Assembly (NCBI GenBank): GCA_950097015.1
Contig: CATNEN010000003.1
Span: 5,828,001-5,892,000, forward strand
Origin: Macrostomum hystrix
Lineage: Eukaryota; Animalia; Platyhelminthes
Reading direction: 5' to 3'
DNA: 64,000 nucleotides
A model generated the notes under the pieces. It had not been told where the DNA came from and did not search any database. It saw only the letters and a list, made by a program, of their open reading frames with translations. Numbering within the stretch: the stretch's first letter is position 1; every line of letters begins with the position of its first letter. Below are positions 11,745 through 23,700 of the stretch, piece by piece. Both the position numbers and the translations under genes were made by a program.

Positions 11745-14085
11745 CTGCCCGGAATCCAATGACTGCACAATAGTTTCCTTTGCTGGTGTACGCGATAAAT
11801 GAAAAGATAGACTTTTTGTTTTTCATTTTTTTATGATTAGGTTGGCTGGTATTTCATTTCATTTCATTTATATTGAAGAAATATATAATATATCTAATAT
11901 ATTTCCAGAGTTGCTTATGCATGGCCTTACGCGTGATATTATTGTTCTAAATAAAAATAAAAATGCAGGAGGGCACAGTGGGGCACTGGCGCAAAACACT
12001 TGGTGACAGCATTGCAGACATGCAGCCAAGAAGGAAGCTTATTTCACAGTTTCCTGAGCACATACACAGCTGCGGTTATCTGCCTTTACTTCTTTAATTG
12101 TCATTTCATTTTTCTTTGTGCGAGAGGCAAACATAAAGCTTGTGACCTACAGCTTCAGACTTCAGTCTTGGGTTCGAATCTCGTCCTAAGCAAAAGTTAA
12201 AGTTGTGCTCTTGAAGACGAAACGACGCAAAACTGTTTCAGTTAATACAGCTCTATATCATAGGAAAAAAATGAACTGATCGGAGTGACTTCAAAGTGTT
12301 AGTTTTTTGCTTTAATTGATGCAATTGATAGAGCAATTAATAAACCTGTGTTAATGCGATATCCCTAGAATTGGGACCTGCTTAGAAGTCATAAATTAAC
12401 CTAAAACAAATTAAGTAGATTGGTTTTACAATCTCTATTTGGTTCAAAGCTTCTCAGCTAATCTGCAATCGTAAACAATGCCCATCAAAAACAATGAGCA
12501 CGCGTGGTGACGCCCACGCACAAGTCATGGATAGTCATTTGTCACTGTCTTCCAGCGGCAAATCGTTTGCTGATTCCCGTTAGGTTAGAGAGGCCAATAG
12601 CCCAGCAGGTTTATTTATTATTCATTCATTTTATTGAGCTTTGATACCCCCGTAAAAGAGGAATCAACTGCAAATAAATTCAATTAGGTAATAAAAAACT
12701 AATCGCTTTTATATAAAATCTGCAAATTAATTTACTTATTTCTTCCAGCCGCAGATACAAAAGCAATCGATAAACTGAATTTAAAATAGCGGTTTAAGTT
12801 CAAGATTCATTCGTGCAGTTTTTTGTAATTGTTACCTAGTTATTATAGAAATAATAAATTTATAGTTTTTTTCTTCTTCAATCTTCGATACCCACAAGTA
12901 AAACCTAGAAGTAACTCACCAACATTTACAAGCATGGGTACATAAGATTAATTCAAAAATCTTAACTCAATATTTGATTTACTTAGTTGAATATTTTTAA
13001 CTTCCGTGTCATCCTCCGGCATTAAAAAATTATATTTTAAAAAGTTGCACGGCCTGTGCTTCACCTACTTTGGTACCTTCAGAGCTAAGCAAAATTTCAC
13101 TGTTGATTTTTTGCATATTGGGTCCTCCGAAATTCTTTGAAATCATTGAATACGAATACGGTTGTCTTGTGATGAAGTGATTATACAGGAATAGGATGCT
13201 GCTGTGTTAAAAATGCAGCATGGTAATCAGCGGAACTGTGAATCGCTTACTGCTCGAAGTTGGTCTGAAGTTGGTCTATATGACCTATAGTCTATGGTCA
13301 AGCCTATCTATGAGTGGTATGAAACAATTGTTTACGCCCTATCCGCAGCCCATTAGTATAATTTTATCCGGGCTTCAATTTGTTTGTTGGTCAAGAACGG
13401 GCATTTTTGGCCATAGACAACTTCCGATTCCGATCGAATCGAACGTAATTCGGCTTGACTTGCCAGAGACGATTATTGAATTGTCGCGGCCAATCAAATT
13501 ATATACACGACTGAGGAGACACATTGCTAGGCTATGGACCAAAGCGGGGAATAAATATTCGTTCGCGAGCGTCTGAGACAAAATCTCGAATACTGTTGCG
13601 AACCTACTCAATGGTTCCCGTCAAAGAGTACTGAACTAACAGGTTGTTCACGTCTACGCGAGTCGAAACCAGGCCGAAATAGTTGACACGCGCCCTCTGC
13701 GACTGCATGCAGAGGACCAATAAACAAAAAACGAAACACATATGCCGCACAAACACAGGCTCTGTATATATGTTAATAATTCAAATTATTAAGAGGTTTG
13801 TTATACTTATTAGAGGAAATGAGCGATCACTGTCTAGAAAAGTAAGGAAACATATCAATTGTGATCTTATTCGTGTTTGGTTACAAGAAGTATGAGAAAA
13901 AATATTATACTGGATGAACTATGTATCAGTAATAACAAGTTAGCATTCGATCTTGATATTGTTTCACTTTTTTCTGAAACAAATATTTAGCGAAGGCATG
14001 AATGTATAAAAAATTGTAAATTTTTGCACTTTTGATATTTCTGCTCAGAGTTTCACAAAAAAGCACACTTAATTAGGCCAAATAT

Positions 14086-17000
14086 CTAAAATATTGGACA
14101 ATCCAACGGCTGCTTCATTAACAATTTAGTCCAGAGTAATTCCACAAACAAAATAAGCAGACCAACACCATAAAGACCAAGACAGACAATGCAACTGCCG
14201 CCAATGCCCTCTAGATTAATCGGATCGGCGTCTGAAGTAATTTCAGTCTTGCAGCCGTTCTCGTTGGACCAGTAGAAAGAAAACCAACGCTGAATCTGAC
14301 CGGACTCGTGCAGCTTCTGCAGGCTGACATTAGGTGGTTTTTCAGTGTGCCAATAAAAAATCAATGCTCAAAACTAAAACTAACGAGACAGTGTTGACTG
14401 GTTATTATTTTGCAGATTGTACTCACTGGAAGTTGAACAAATCTGCGTATGGAGCATCCTCAGGAAACATAAAAGCAACCGAACCGGTATTAAACTGCTC
14501 CTCCGCCATGTAGTACTGGGTGCAGTTTTTCAGCGCTATCGCCAGCAATGCCGAGTGGTCGTCTAGACAAGCCTGGTTAGGCCTAGGAGGCTTGATAAGT
14601 TGATGATGAAGTGCAAATATAAACTTTATATCTTAGTCGTTAAATTCACAATAAATCTTTCTTAGACTAGAAGCCTCACATCAGACGGACAGGTCTCGTA
14701 TGGTCCAAAAGCCACCATCTTGTTGGCGATTTGTTTGTACACACCTGACTCGGCCCTCGCCAAGAGAGTGTACAGGTTGGTGCCGCTGGAAACATAAGGA
14801 ATGATGGCATCTTGGGAGACCAGATCCTCCAGCGTTTTTATGGGCAGGTTGGTGACAGACACAGTCAGGTAGGCAGTAAGAACAGCTGAAACGCAGAATT
14901 GTACAGTGTCGAGGACACACTTCAACGTGCTACCCCATAGATCGATTATGAACTCTCACCTGAATAGGTCGCGTACAGAATGATAATAAAGAACCACCAA
15001 AATGCCAAACTGGCACGCGCTGACATTGCGAACGGAAAGAAATCCTGTCCCTGCTTCATGAAGCTGCCAATGAAGGTCCAGAGGTACTCTTGCAGCCGGA
15101 TCTCATCAGATATAGCAAAATCCATGCCCAAGTTGTACGCACTGAAAGGTGAAAAGTATGCAAGCAGCCAGGCTATGAAGGAACAGCTAACAATAGTGCC
15201 GATCAGTATGCACCAGACTGTGCTTGTGAATGGCATGAATAAGTTCCATAGTTTAGACTCCCGATGCGGTTTGGGAATCATCACAGCATTCGACTCTTGA
15301 AAAAGCGACGTAGAAAAATCAATCACGGAGTCCCGGATAACAGTTTTTGTGAATGGCCCAGCTCCGAGAGTAGCGTTCTGCAAAATGATTGAAAAACTAC
15401 GTCCTACGTCAAAGAGTACAGTCGTGACCACGAAAAGCGCAGAATTATAAGTTAAGAGTTATTTACGCCTTGCTGCAACTCGCCGACGCAGCCAGTAAAA
15501 TATTCTGAATCCGCCTGAGGAGAGCCCCAGTTGCCATCTTCTGAATCCTTCGCGACAAAACTAAAATGTTTTGTGTACACGAATAATAAAAAACGTTCAA
15601 TTGTCCAAAATAGAAAAAAAACTCGTTCATATGCATGCAAATATTATTAAATTGAACAAAAAAAAACAAACCGAAACTCCATTTTGGCGGCAAGATAGTT
15701 CAGAATGTCGATTGTCATTCCGCTCATTACGTTTGACTTGTTGGGAAAAACTTCATTAAAAATGGTCATTGGCGGAGTCTAAAAACAGCACAAGACCATA
15801 AATAAAAGACGAATCACGATACGAAAAATGATTTCCGTTTAACGGTGAAAAACTATTTTTAAAGCGAACCTCTGGAGCACAGACAATAATGGTTTGATTC
15901 TTGAAGCCCATGAAGGTGTTGGGAAAGGCCAGGCTCACTCCCTTGTAGCGAAACTGCTTGCTCAGAGAGCCGCTCGACACATCGAACTCAGCGGACTTCA
16001 GCATCGAGATCGGAGACCATTGCAGCTCATTGTAGGACGCGACCACTTCGACGCCTTGTGAGCTCAAGTGTCTGCTTGAGCTGTTGTACGAGATGAGGCC
16101 ACGCTGAGTGTCATAGTTGCTCATCTGCAACATCGAATGGGTAAATGGCAGGTGAGTGAGTGAGTGAGTGCAGCTACTCACTGGACTCTGAAATCATGTT
16201 TAAATGTGAGCAGCTCACGCTGAGCAGTTTGCTGAGCACAGTCGATCCCGATGTCCAGTGCTGCAGCGGAAAGCAGGAGGCGTTGCTCGGAGAGAATCCC
16301 GGATCCATCAGCGAGTCGTTCAGCGCCTTGGCCACGGCTTCCACCGCATCCACGAATCGAGCGTCCAGACTCTGCTCAATGCGGTGGGGTTGCGGTGTTT
16401 GAGCTGCGATGCTTGAGTCACTCACTCACGCTGATGACAGACGTGAGCAAGGCAGCACTGCAGTGGACAGTCTCACCCGAATTGAGTCCAGCTGGCACTG
16501 AGGAAACACATCCATCACTGCTGCTGTGCAGTGAGTGAACACGCTGCCTCTCAGCAGAGCAACGTTCGCGTTCGCTGGCGTCACGCTGAGCACATCCGCC
16601 TTGGACAGTCCAGTGTCGAGAATGAGCCAGAAGTAGTTCTGCTGCAAGACTGCAGCTTCTCTGGCCAGCCTCAGGACTGAGAGCGCATTGCGAGGACTGG
16701 CCAGCAGCAGCAGCTTGAACAGTCTCTTCTTCACCAGACGCTTGAGGTGCTGCACCAGGCTCGGAGTGACAGAGGCGTTGGCATTGTTGTCCACTTGGAA
16801 TGTGAGACTGCTCACTCCGGCAGCGGTGAGGCCGCTCTGCAAGTCCTGCAGCAGTTTAACACCTTAGTAATGGGATTCGCGGATGAAAATGAGATATAAG
16901 TGAAATTTTGGTTACTAGGTTATGTAAAATAAAAGTTTCTGAATAATTAATGGCAGTTTCAAATCTTGTGCGAAATTGGTCCTTTCGCACAGTAAAAAAT

Positions 17001-17694
17001 ATTCTAAACGAATACCTACTTTGTATTCTGTCGAAGAAGATGGCGGCGCTGGAGACCACATTATCTGATCTTAGCAATGCGACGGCTGCATCCCTAATGT
17101 TCAGCGAACTGTGGCTGCCCATCACCGAATAAGCTAAAAAAGTTTTTTTCGCTTTACTGATTAACTTTCAAAACATTTCAACTTTTCATTTTTAAGTCAA
17201 TTATTTTTTAGGTCTACCTTTGAGCAGCTGGGCCGAGTCGCACAAGCCGGTGGGCAGGGCGATGAGCGGCAGCTGCAGAGACTTGCTGAGTGAGCCCACC
17301 TGATCGAGCAGAGAGCAGCTGCCGACACCAATCAGAGCTGACAGGCCGCTCTCCGAGCACACTGCGGAGCGAGACACACTTTCACAATCAGCACTGTGCT
17401 CAGCATTTTACAGGCAGCGCACAGCAAATGGCGAATGCCAGCAGCAGCCAACTCACCAGTCCTGACAGCCTGCTGTGAACTGCACCAGCTCACATTCACA
17501 TGCACATATGAGAGTGTGTGACCCTGCAGCACTCTCCAGTTGGAGTTCACGCGTCTGGCGAACGCCTTCTCCATCAGCGACTCGCTCACCTGCCCGTCTT
17601 CCGTGACCACGCCGACCTTCAGGTTGAGGGCAGAACCTGTTAAGATTAAACTGTTTACTAAAAAGAAATAAGCTAGATTGTGCCTACGCCCCAT
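14086..17694 (-). CDS. Divergent iGluR-like subunit, paralogue 3 (12 exons)
   Basis: ATG 17694 with signal peptide. Its own divergent exon 3 (17133-17020). GPFTKTVIRDSVIDFS, pore GSFMKQG, M3 YATYSAVLTAYLT. Ends MKQPLDCPIF*. Confidence 0.9.
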
Positions 17695-17892
17695 TCTTTG
17701 TGTTAACTAGTCTTTTTTAATAATCATGCTTATTGTTTAGTAGTTTAGTAATATTCTGTTCACTAAATGCAGCTTGATGTTCAGCAGCTGAGCTGTTCCA
17801 GAATTATCCTCTACTTAATGGGACCAAGTTAGAGAGTGTGCAGCTGAGGTGGTTGGGGCATTGTCAGAGGTGGGCACGAAATTTAGTCCAGT

Positions 17893-17907
17893 CATCACTG
17901 CTATTGG
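17893..17907 (-). promoter_or_regulatory. CCAAT-containing 15-mer upstream of paralogue 3
   Basis: Exact match to 11730-11744. Confidence 0.5.
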
Positions 17908-18019
17908 ACAAGCTTCTTTGTTTATCGGGAATGAGAGAACTATCTCCAGGTGATGGAAACTGGTTCAATGGGCTTGCCATTGTAACCGATTATGTGAAAT
18001 TCCACAAGATAGGAATTTC

Positions 18020-18122
18020 TAGGGAGGTTGTAGCCTTGTGTGAGGTTTTAGCCTTGTAGGGAGGTTTTAGCCTTGTAGAGAGGTTGTAGCCTTGTAGGGA
18101 GGTTGTAGCCTTGTAGGGAGGT
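18020..18122. repeat. ~19-bp tandem repeat (gggaggttgtagccttgta) x~5
   Basis: Directly visible. Abuts a family B SINE head at ~18126-18203. Confidence 0.75.
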
Positions 18123-18211
18123 AGTAGCGTCGGACTCACGTCTTGAAGGTTGGGGGGTTCAATTCCCGAATACACTGGAACTATTTGTGTTGTCTAGCAA
18201 AACACTTTATA

Positions 18212-18590
18212 TATTATTATCATACTTACATGAGGGCTGCTGGCAATGGCACATCATTTGGTGACACTAGACCCGCAGCCAGCGAGGAGGCATTTCTGCC
18301 CATTCCGCTGACTCCTGAGCACACACGCACACAGATGCCGTACGCAGGCATTCGCTCACACAGGTGTGTACATGTGCCCTGACTTTCTCATCGTCAGGCA
18401 GTGTACACTCTCACTGCGCCTTGGAGGTTGGCCCTCAAGGTCGTGAATTGCACGACAAGCCCCCAATCCTTCTCTCCGCTGATGCGCCCCAAATAAATGT
18501 GGCCTCGCAGCGGAATCGAGCTCAGGGACATTGCCTAAAATTTGGCTATGAACCTTCCATTGGTGCGAGAGGCAAAGGCTCTGCCACTCA
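18212..18590 (-). mobile_element. SINE family A
   Basis: Reverse-complement match to the family body. Confidence 0.78.
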
Positions 18591-18852
18591 AACCCCAACA
18601 CGTCCGTCTGTCAGACTGACCAATGTCCATGGACAAGAATCTTTGGGCTTGTGTTGCGATTTCCTCCTATGTGGACCAACTCCCCCAGGGCTCGGTGACA
18701 GTGTACACTGCCTGGCAGTGACAAGTCTCAACGTACGTTTCTACGTCAGTTCAACAATAGAGAATCTGTTATATAACATTCTTAGAGCTATGCATATGCC
18801 ACTTTGTTATCAAAGTCAATCGCAAATCAATAATTTATTTTTCTCCGCTTAC

Positions 18853-19564
18853 ATTTGGAGACGAAAAGGCACACCAAGGACTGCCAATTTTTCCACCTCA
18901 AAGTCGACACCGATGGTAGCTTTGTAGTCGCGTTGGAAAGTTTTGTGACAGAACCGATTGACTAGCGACGTTTTGCCGACTGCAACCTCGCCAACCACGA
19001 CACATTTGCAGGTTTTGAAGCAGTGTTTTGTTTTATGATTATGAATTATAAAGCAATTCAACACATGTTTTAAAAAAGTGATTATTAATAATTATTAATG
19101 GCATATAGGGTTATAAATACAGTTCTAACTAAGTATATGTCAATATTATACGTAACTTTATTCAACAGTAGAAAGACTGCCTCCATTTTTCAGTTGACTG
19201 AATGTCTCGATGGTGCTGAGTCGGATGGCTTTAAAAGTTTCTTCATTATAAAGTACAGAAAGTTTCTATTCAGGTGCTGGACTTGCTGGACAAAAATCTG
19301 TCAAAATAGCTTGGGAGCTATCGTCAATTAGGCAGTGGGTATTTGAAATACCCTGGGATTTTTCTCCCCAGGAGGAAATTGTGTTGTCTTCCAACTGGTA
19401 ATATATTTTTAAGGCATTTAGCATCATGTATATTTTACAAACTTTAGATGCAACACTTATATGATACTTGCCTGGCTGTAGAGCCACGCTTTGAAGAACA
19501 AATGGATTTTACAGCTGGGTGAAAGTCAATATCCTTGAATGGAGTGAACTCAGCAAGGTGTGGC
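18853..19564 (-). pseudogene. Rab34/Rab36-like small GTPase gene fragment (two exons)
   Basis: Exon ~19564-19473 PHLAEFTPFKDIDFHPAVKSICSSKRGSTA resembles the Rab34/36 N-terminal DFHP..C motif and has a GC donor. Exon ~19020-18853 FKTCKCVVVGEVAVGKTSLVNRFCHKTFQRDYKATIGVDFEVEK..LGVPFRLQ contains the P-loop and switch I. Its acceptor reads TG, not AG. No start exon and no WDTAGQE exon found. Confidence 0.75.
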
Positions 19565-19629
19565 TGAAATGCAAAGTATGTTTTTTATAAACAATTAAAA
19601 AATGACATTTACTGACTCTTCTATTTCAC

Positions 19630-19890
19630 TGGCGCACACACACAGATACCGTACGCAGTCACTCGCTCGCACAGGCGTGTACACCAGTCATGACTTTCTC
19701 ATCGTCAGGCAGTGTACACTCTCACTGTGCCATGGATGTTGGCCCTCAAGGGTGTAAATTATACGACAAGCCACCAAGCCTTTTCTTCGCGGCTGCGCCC
19801 AAAATAAATATGGCCTCGCTGCGGAATCGAACTTAGGGAGGGACCTTGGTGCTAGAGGCAAACGCGTTTACAGCTCTGCCACTGACACCC
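19630..19890 (-). mobile_element. SINE family A (3'-truncated)
   Basis: Reverse-complement match including the tRNA-like head. Confidence 0.75.
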
Positions 19891-20106
19891 TTAGTAAGAC
19901 ACTTACCTCTGCATTGCTTCAGTTCACCCAGCTGTTAAATGGGTGCCAGCATCAGCTGGATAACTGAGGGTGGACGTGGAGTCCCCCCAGTCTATGGACT
20001 GAACGCCCGTACGCAGCCTTCAGATGCGCCGCGCAATAGCTGCGGCAGTTCTGTTGGCTGCACATCTGGTCCAATCAGGGCAGGTGTAATCAACAAATTA
20101 TTATAA
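19888..20106 (+). mobile_element. SINE family B (CORE-like), headless copy
   Basis: Matches 50117-50345. Confidence 0.75.
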
Positions 20107-20733
20107 TTCAACTTGTACACTGGATCAAGGACCTAGTCGATTATTGATGTCAGTTGTTTTGGTTCGAGGTTTAACATCAGGATCCATTCTAGAGCCTTAA
20201 GTTGATGTCCCCATTATTTTTTGTTCTGCTATTTGCAGATATATTGCTACTAGAATTATTTTTAGGTAAATTAATCAAGTGGTCTAAGGCTTGGGAGGGA
20301 TGCACGTTCATGGTAACCTAGAAGCTGATCATTTGTCCGTGTTCTTAGGTTAGAATTCAATGGTAATTGAAATGGAAAATTTTAATAGCCAATTATTGTT
20401 CATCAATCTAGCTTAATTCAAGAAGGAAATTTGATAGGAACTGCCAAACCTTTCACTTAAATTTTACATCGCATTAAAACACAAATACACGCATGAATAA
20501 TTAGTGTAAACAGAACTAACTAACTAACTAACACAACTAACCTATTGACAAATCAGATAGGTTTGAATCTTGTGGGGGTTGTTCAAGTGCTACAGGGTAG
20601 AAACTGAGTAATTGAAGCTCTACTCAACTGGTTTGAAACTCGACTCTCGGCCAGAGCGAGGCAGTGGGAGAAAACAATAAAAAGTTCAAGGAAGCGGGAA
20701 AGACAGTCAGAGAATCAAGCTGCAATTTGAAAA

Positions 20734-23700
20734 ATGTACCTACAGCTGCACCTCATTCTTCTTTGTTTTGCCGTCAGTTCAGTAGCCCTCAACCTGAAGG
20801 TCGGTGTGGTCACAGAAGACGGGCAGATGAGCGAGTCGCTGATGGAGAAGGCGTTCGCCAGACGCGTGAACTCCAACTGGAGAGTGCTGCAGGGTCACAC
20901 ACTCTCATATGTGCATGTGAATGTGAGCTGGTGCAGTTCACAGCAGGCTGTCAGGACTGGTGAGTTGGCTGCTGCTGGCATTCGCTACTTGCTGTGCGCT
21001 GCCTGTGAAATGCTGAGCACAGTGCTGATTGTGAAAGTGTGTCTCGCTCCGCAGTGTGCTCGGAGAGCGGCCTGTCAGCTCTGATTGGTGTCGGCAGCTG
21101 CTCTCTGCTCGATCAGGTGGGCTCACTCAGCAAGTCTCTGCAGCTGCCGCTCATCGCCCTGCCCACCGGCTTGTGCGACTCGGCCCAGCTGCTCAAAGGT
21201 AACTGGACTAAAAGTGCACTTATCTCTGGTCGGGCATGAACCAAAATGCCGTGCTCTGTGATTTTCCAGACTTCACCATTGTTGGCAGTCACAGCTCCGA
21301 CAACATGGTGGGTGCTGCAGTGTCCGTCATCACAGCCGACTCGGTGGTCAGTGATGTGGCCATCTTGTTCGACGGGCGTCAGAGTGAGTACACACTGCTC
21401 AAACTCTGTCCTGATGTACAAGTTGTGACGATTCAAAAACACCAATGCTTGCAGGCAGCACCATTGTGCAGAGCCTGCAGAGCGGCCTCACCGCTGCCGG
21501 AGTGAGCAGTCTCACATTCCAAGTGGACAACACTGCCAACGCCTCTGTCACTCCGAGCCTGGTGCAGCACCTCAAGCGTCTGGTGAAGAAGAGACTGTTC
21601 AAGCTGCTGCTTCTGGCCAGTCATCGCAATGCACTCTCAGTCCTGAGGCTGGCCAGAGAAGCTGCAGTCATGCAGCAGAACTACTTCTGGCTCATTCTCG
21701 ACACTGGACTGTCCAAGGCGGATGTGCTCAGCGTGACGCCAGCGAACGCGAACGTTGCTCTGCTGAGAGGCAGCGTGTTCACTCACTGCACAGCAGCAGT
21801 GATGGATGTGTTTCCTCAGTGCCAGCTGGACTCAATTCGGGTGAGACTGTCACACTGCAGTGCTGCCTTGCTCACGTCTGTCATCAGCGTGAGTGAGTGA
21901 CTCAAGCATCGCAGCTCAATCACCGCACCGCACCGCATTGAGCAGAGTCTGGACGCTCGATTCGTGGATGCGGTGGAAGCCGTGGCCAAGGCGCTGAACG
22001 ACTCGCTGGTGGATCCGGGATTCTCTCCGAGCAACGCCTCGTGCTTTCCGCTGCAGCACTGGACATCGGGATCGACTGTGCTCAGCAAACTGCTCAGCGT
22101 GAGCTGCTCACATTTTGATATGATGTCAGAGTCCAGTGAGTAGCTGCACTCACTCACTCACTCACCTGCAATGCACCCACTCGATGCTGCAGATGAGCAA
22201 CTATGACACTCAGCGTGGCCTCATCTCGTACAACAGCTCAAGCAGACACTTGAGCTCACAGGGTGTCGAAGTGGTCGCGTCCTACAATGAGCTGCAATGG
22301 TCTCCGATCTCGATGCTGAAGTCCGCTGAGTTCGATGTGTCGAGCGGCTCTCTGAGCAAGCAGTTTCGCTACAAGGGAGTGAGCCTGGCCTTTCCCAACA
22401 CCTTCATGGGCTTCAAGAACCAGACTATTGTCATTTGTTCCCCTGAGGTTTGTGCTCTTTTGGCGCCGGCGTACGTATGTTTGACTTTAGTCCTTAATTT
22501 AGCGTATAAGGCTTTCGACTGCATATTATGAGTATTTAATGATGAACATAAGCCTAAATCAGGTTCATTTCGCATCGCTATATTTCTAGAGCTCGCCAAT
22601 GACTGTATTTGATCAGAAATTTTCCAACAATACCGTCGTAATGAGTGGCATGACTTTGGATTTGTTGAAGTTCTTTGCCAGTGAGCTGGACTTTCGGTAA
22701 ACAGTTTGTAGTTTGTACCTGATCAGACACGGCATCAGAGAAGCAATTGAGCCAAGTTTGTTCGAACGCGTGTATTTTTTCTGTATTTTCCAGTTTTGTT
22801 ACGAAGGATTCAGACGATGGCAACTGGGGCGCTCCTCAAAGTGGTTCGATGTACTTCTCTGGATGCGTCGGCGAATTACAGAGAGGAGTAAGTGAAAATC
22901 TGTTTTTCATGTCTGGACTGAATGCCGCATATAACTATTAATAACTAGTTATCCTCCCTATAGGAGGTGACTGTAGCTGCCGGACCCTTCACAAAGACAT
23001 GCGTTCGCGACGCGGTGATTGACTTCTCTGCCCCAATATTTCAAGAGTCGAACGGCATTCTTCTTGCCCGACCGCCCAGGCAGTCGAAACTGTGGAATGT
23101 TTTCACTCCTTTGTCCGTTGGCACCTGGCTCGTAACCGTGGCATTCGTTGTTACGGCTGCTTTTGTTACCTGGCTTTTAGCTTACTTCTCTCCGTTCACA
23201 GCCTACAATCTGAAAATTGATTACGCCATCGCAGACGAAATCTGGCTCCAAGAGTACCTATGGAGCATCATTGGAAGCTTCATGCAGCAGGGCCAGGATT
23301 TCTATCCATTCGCAATGTCCGCTAGAACTGTTCTGGCGTTCTGGTGGATGTTCACAGTTGTCATCTATGCCGCTTACACTGGTAAGCGCTTTTCATTAGA
23401 TGCCTGTTTGAAGCAAAAAAAAATTTAACGATATTTCACAGTACTGGACTTTGGGCTTAAATACAGCTTTGGACTTCAACTTTCAGGTGATCTGACGGCA
23501 CACCTGACTGTGACGGTCACGGACTATCCTATTAAGACGCTGCAAGATCTGGTGTCGCAGACCGCCATTACACCGCATGTAACAACTGGCACCAATCTGT
23601 TTACCTTAATGGCACAGTCAACATCGGGAATCTACAGACAAGTGGCTAACCGAATGGTGGAACTAAGTCCTAATGAAGACTGTCTGACTAACGTGAGTCT

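Noticed and set aside
12850-13620. Possible decayed coding sequence between paralogues 2 and 3
   Set aside because: No recognisable motif and multiple stops; a tBLASTx search would be needed.
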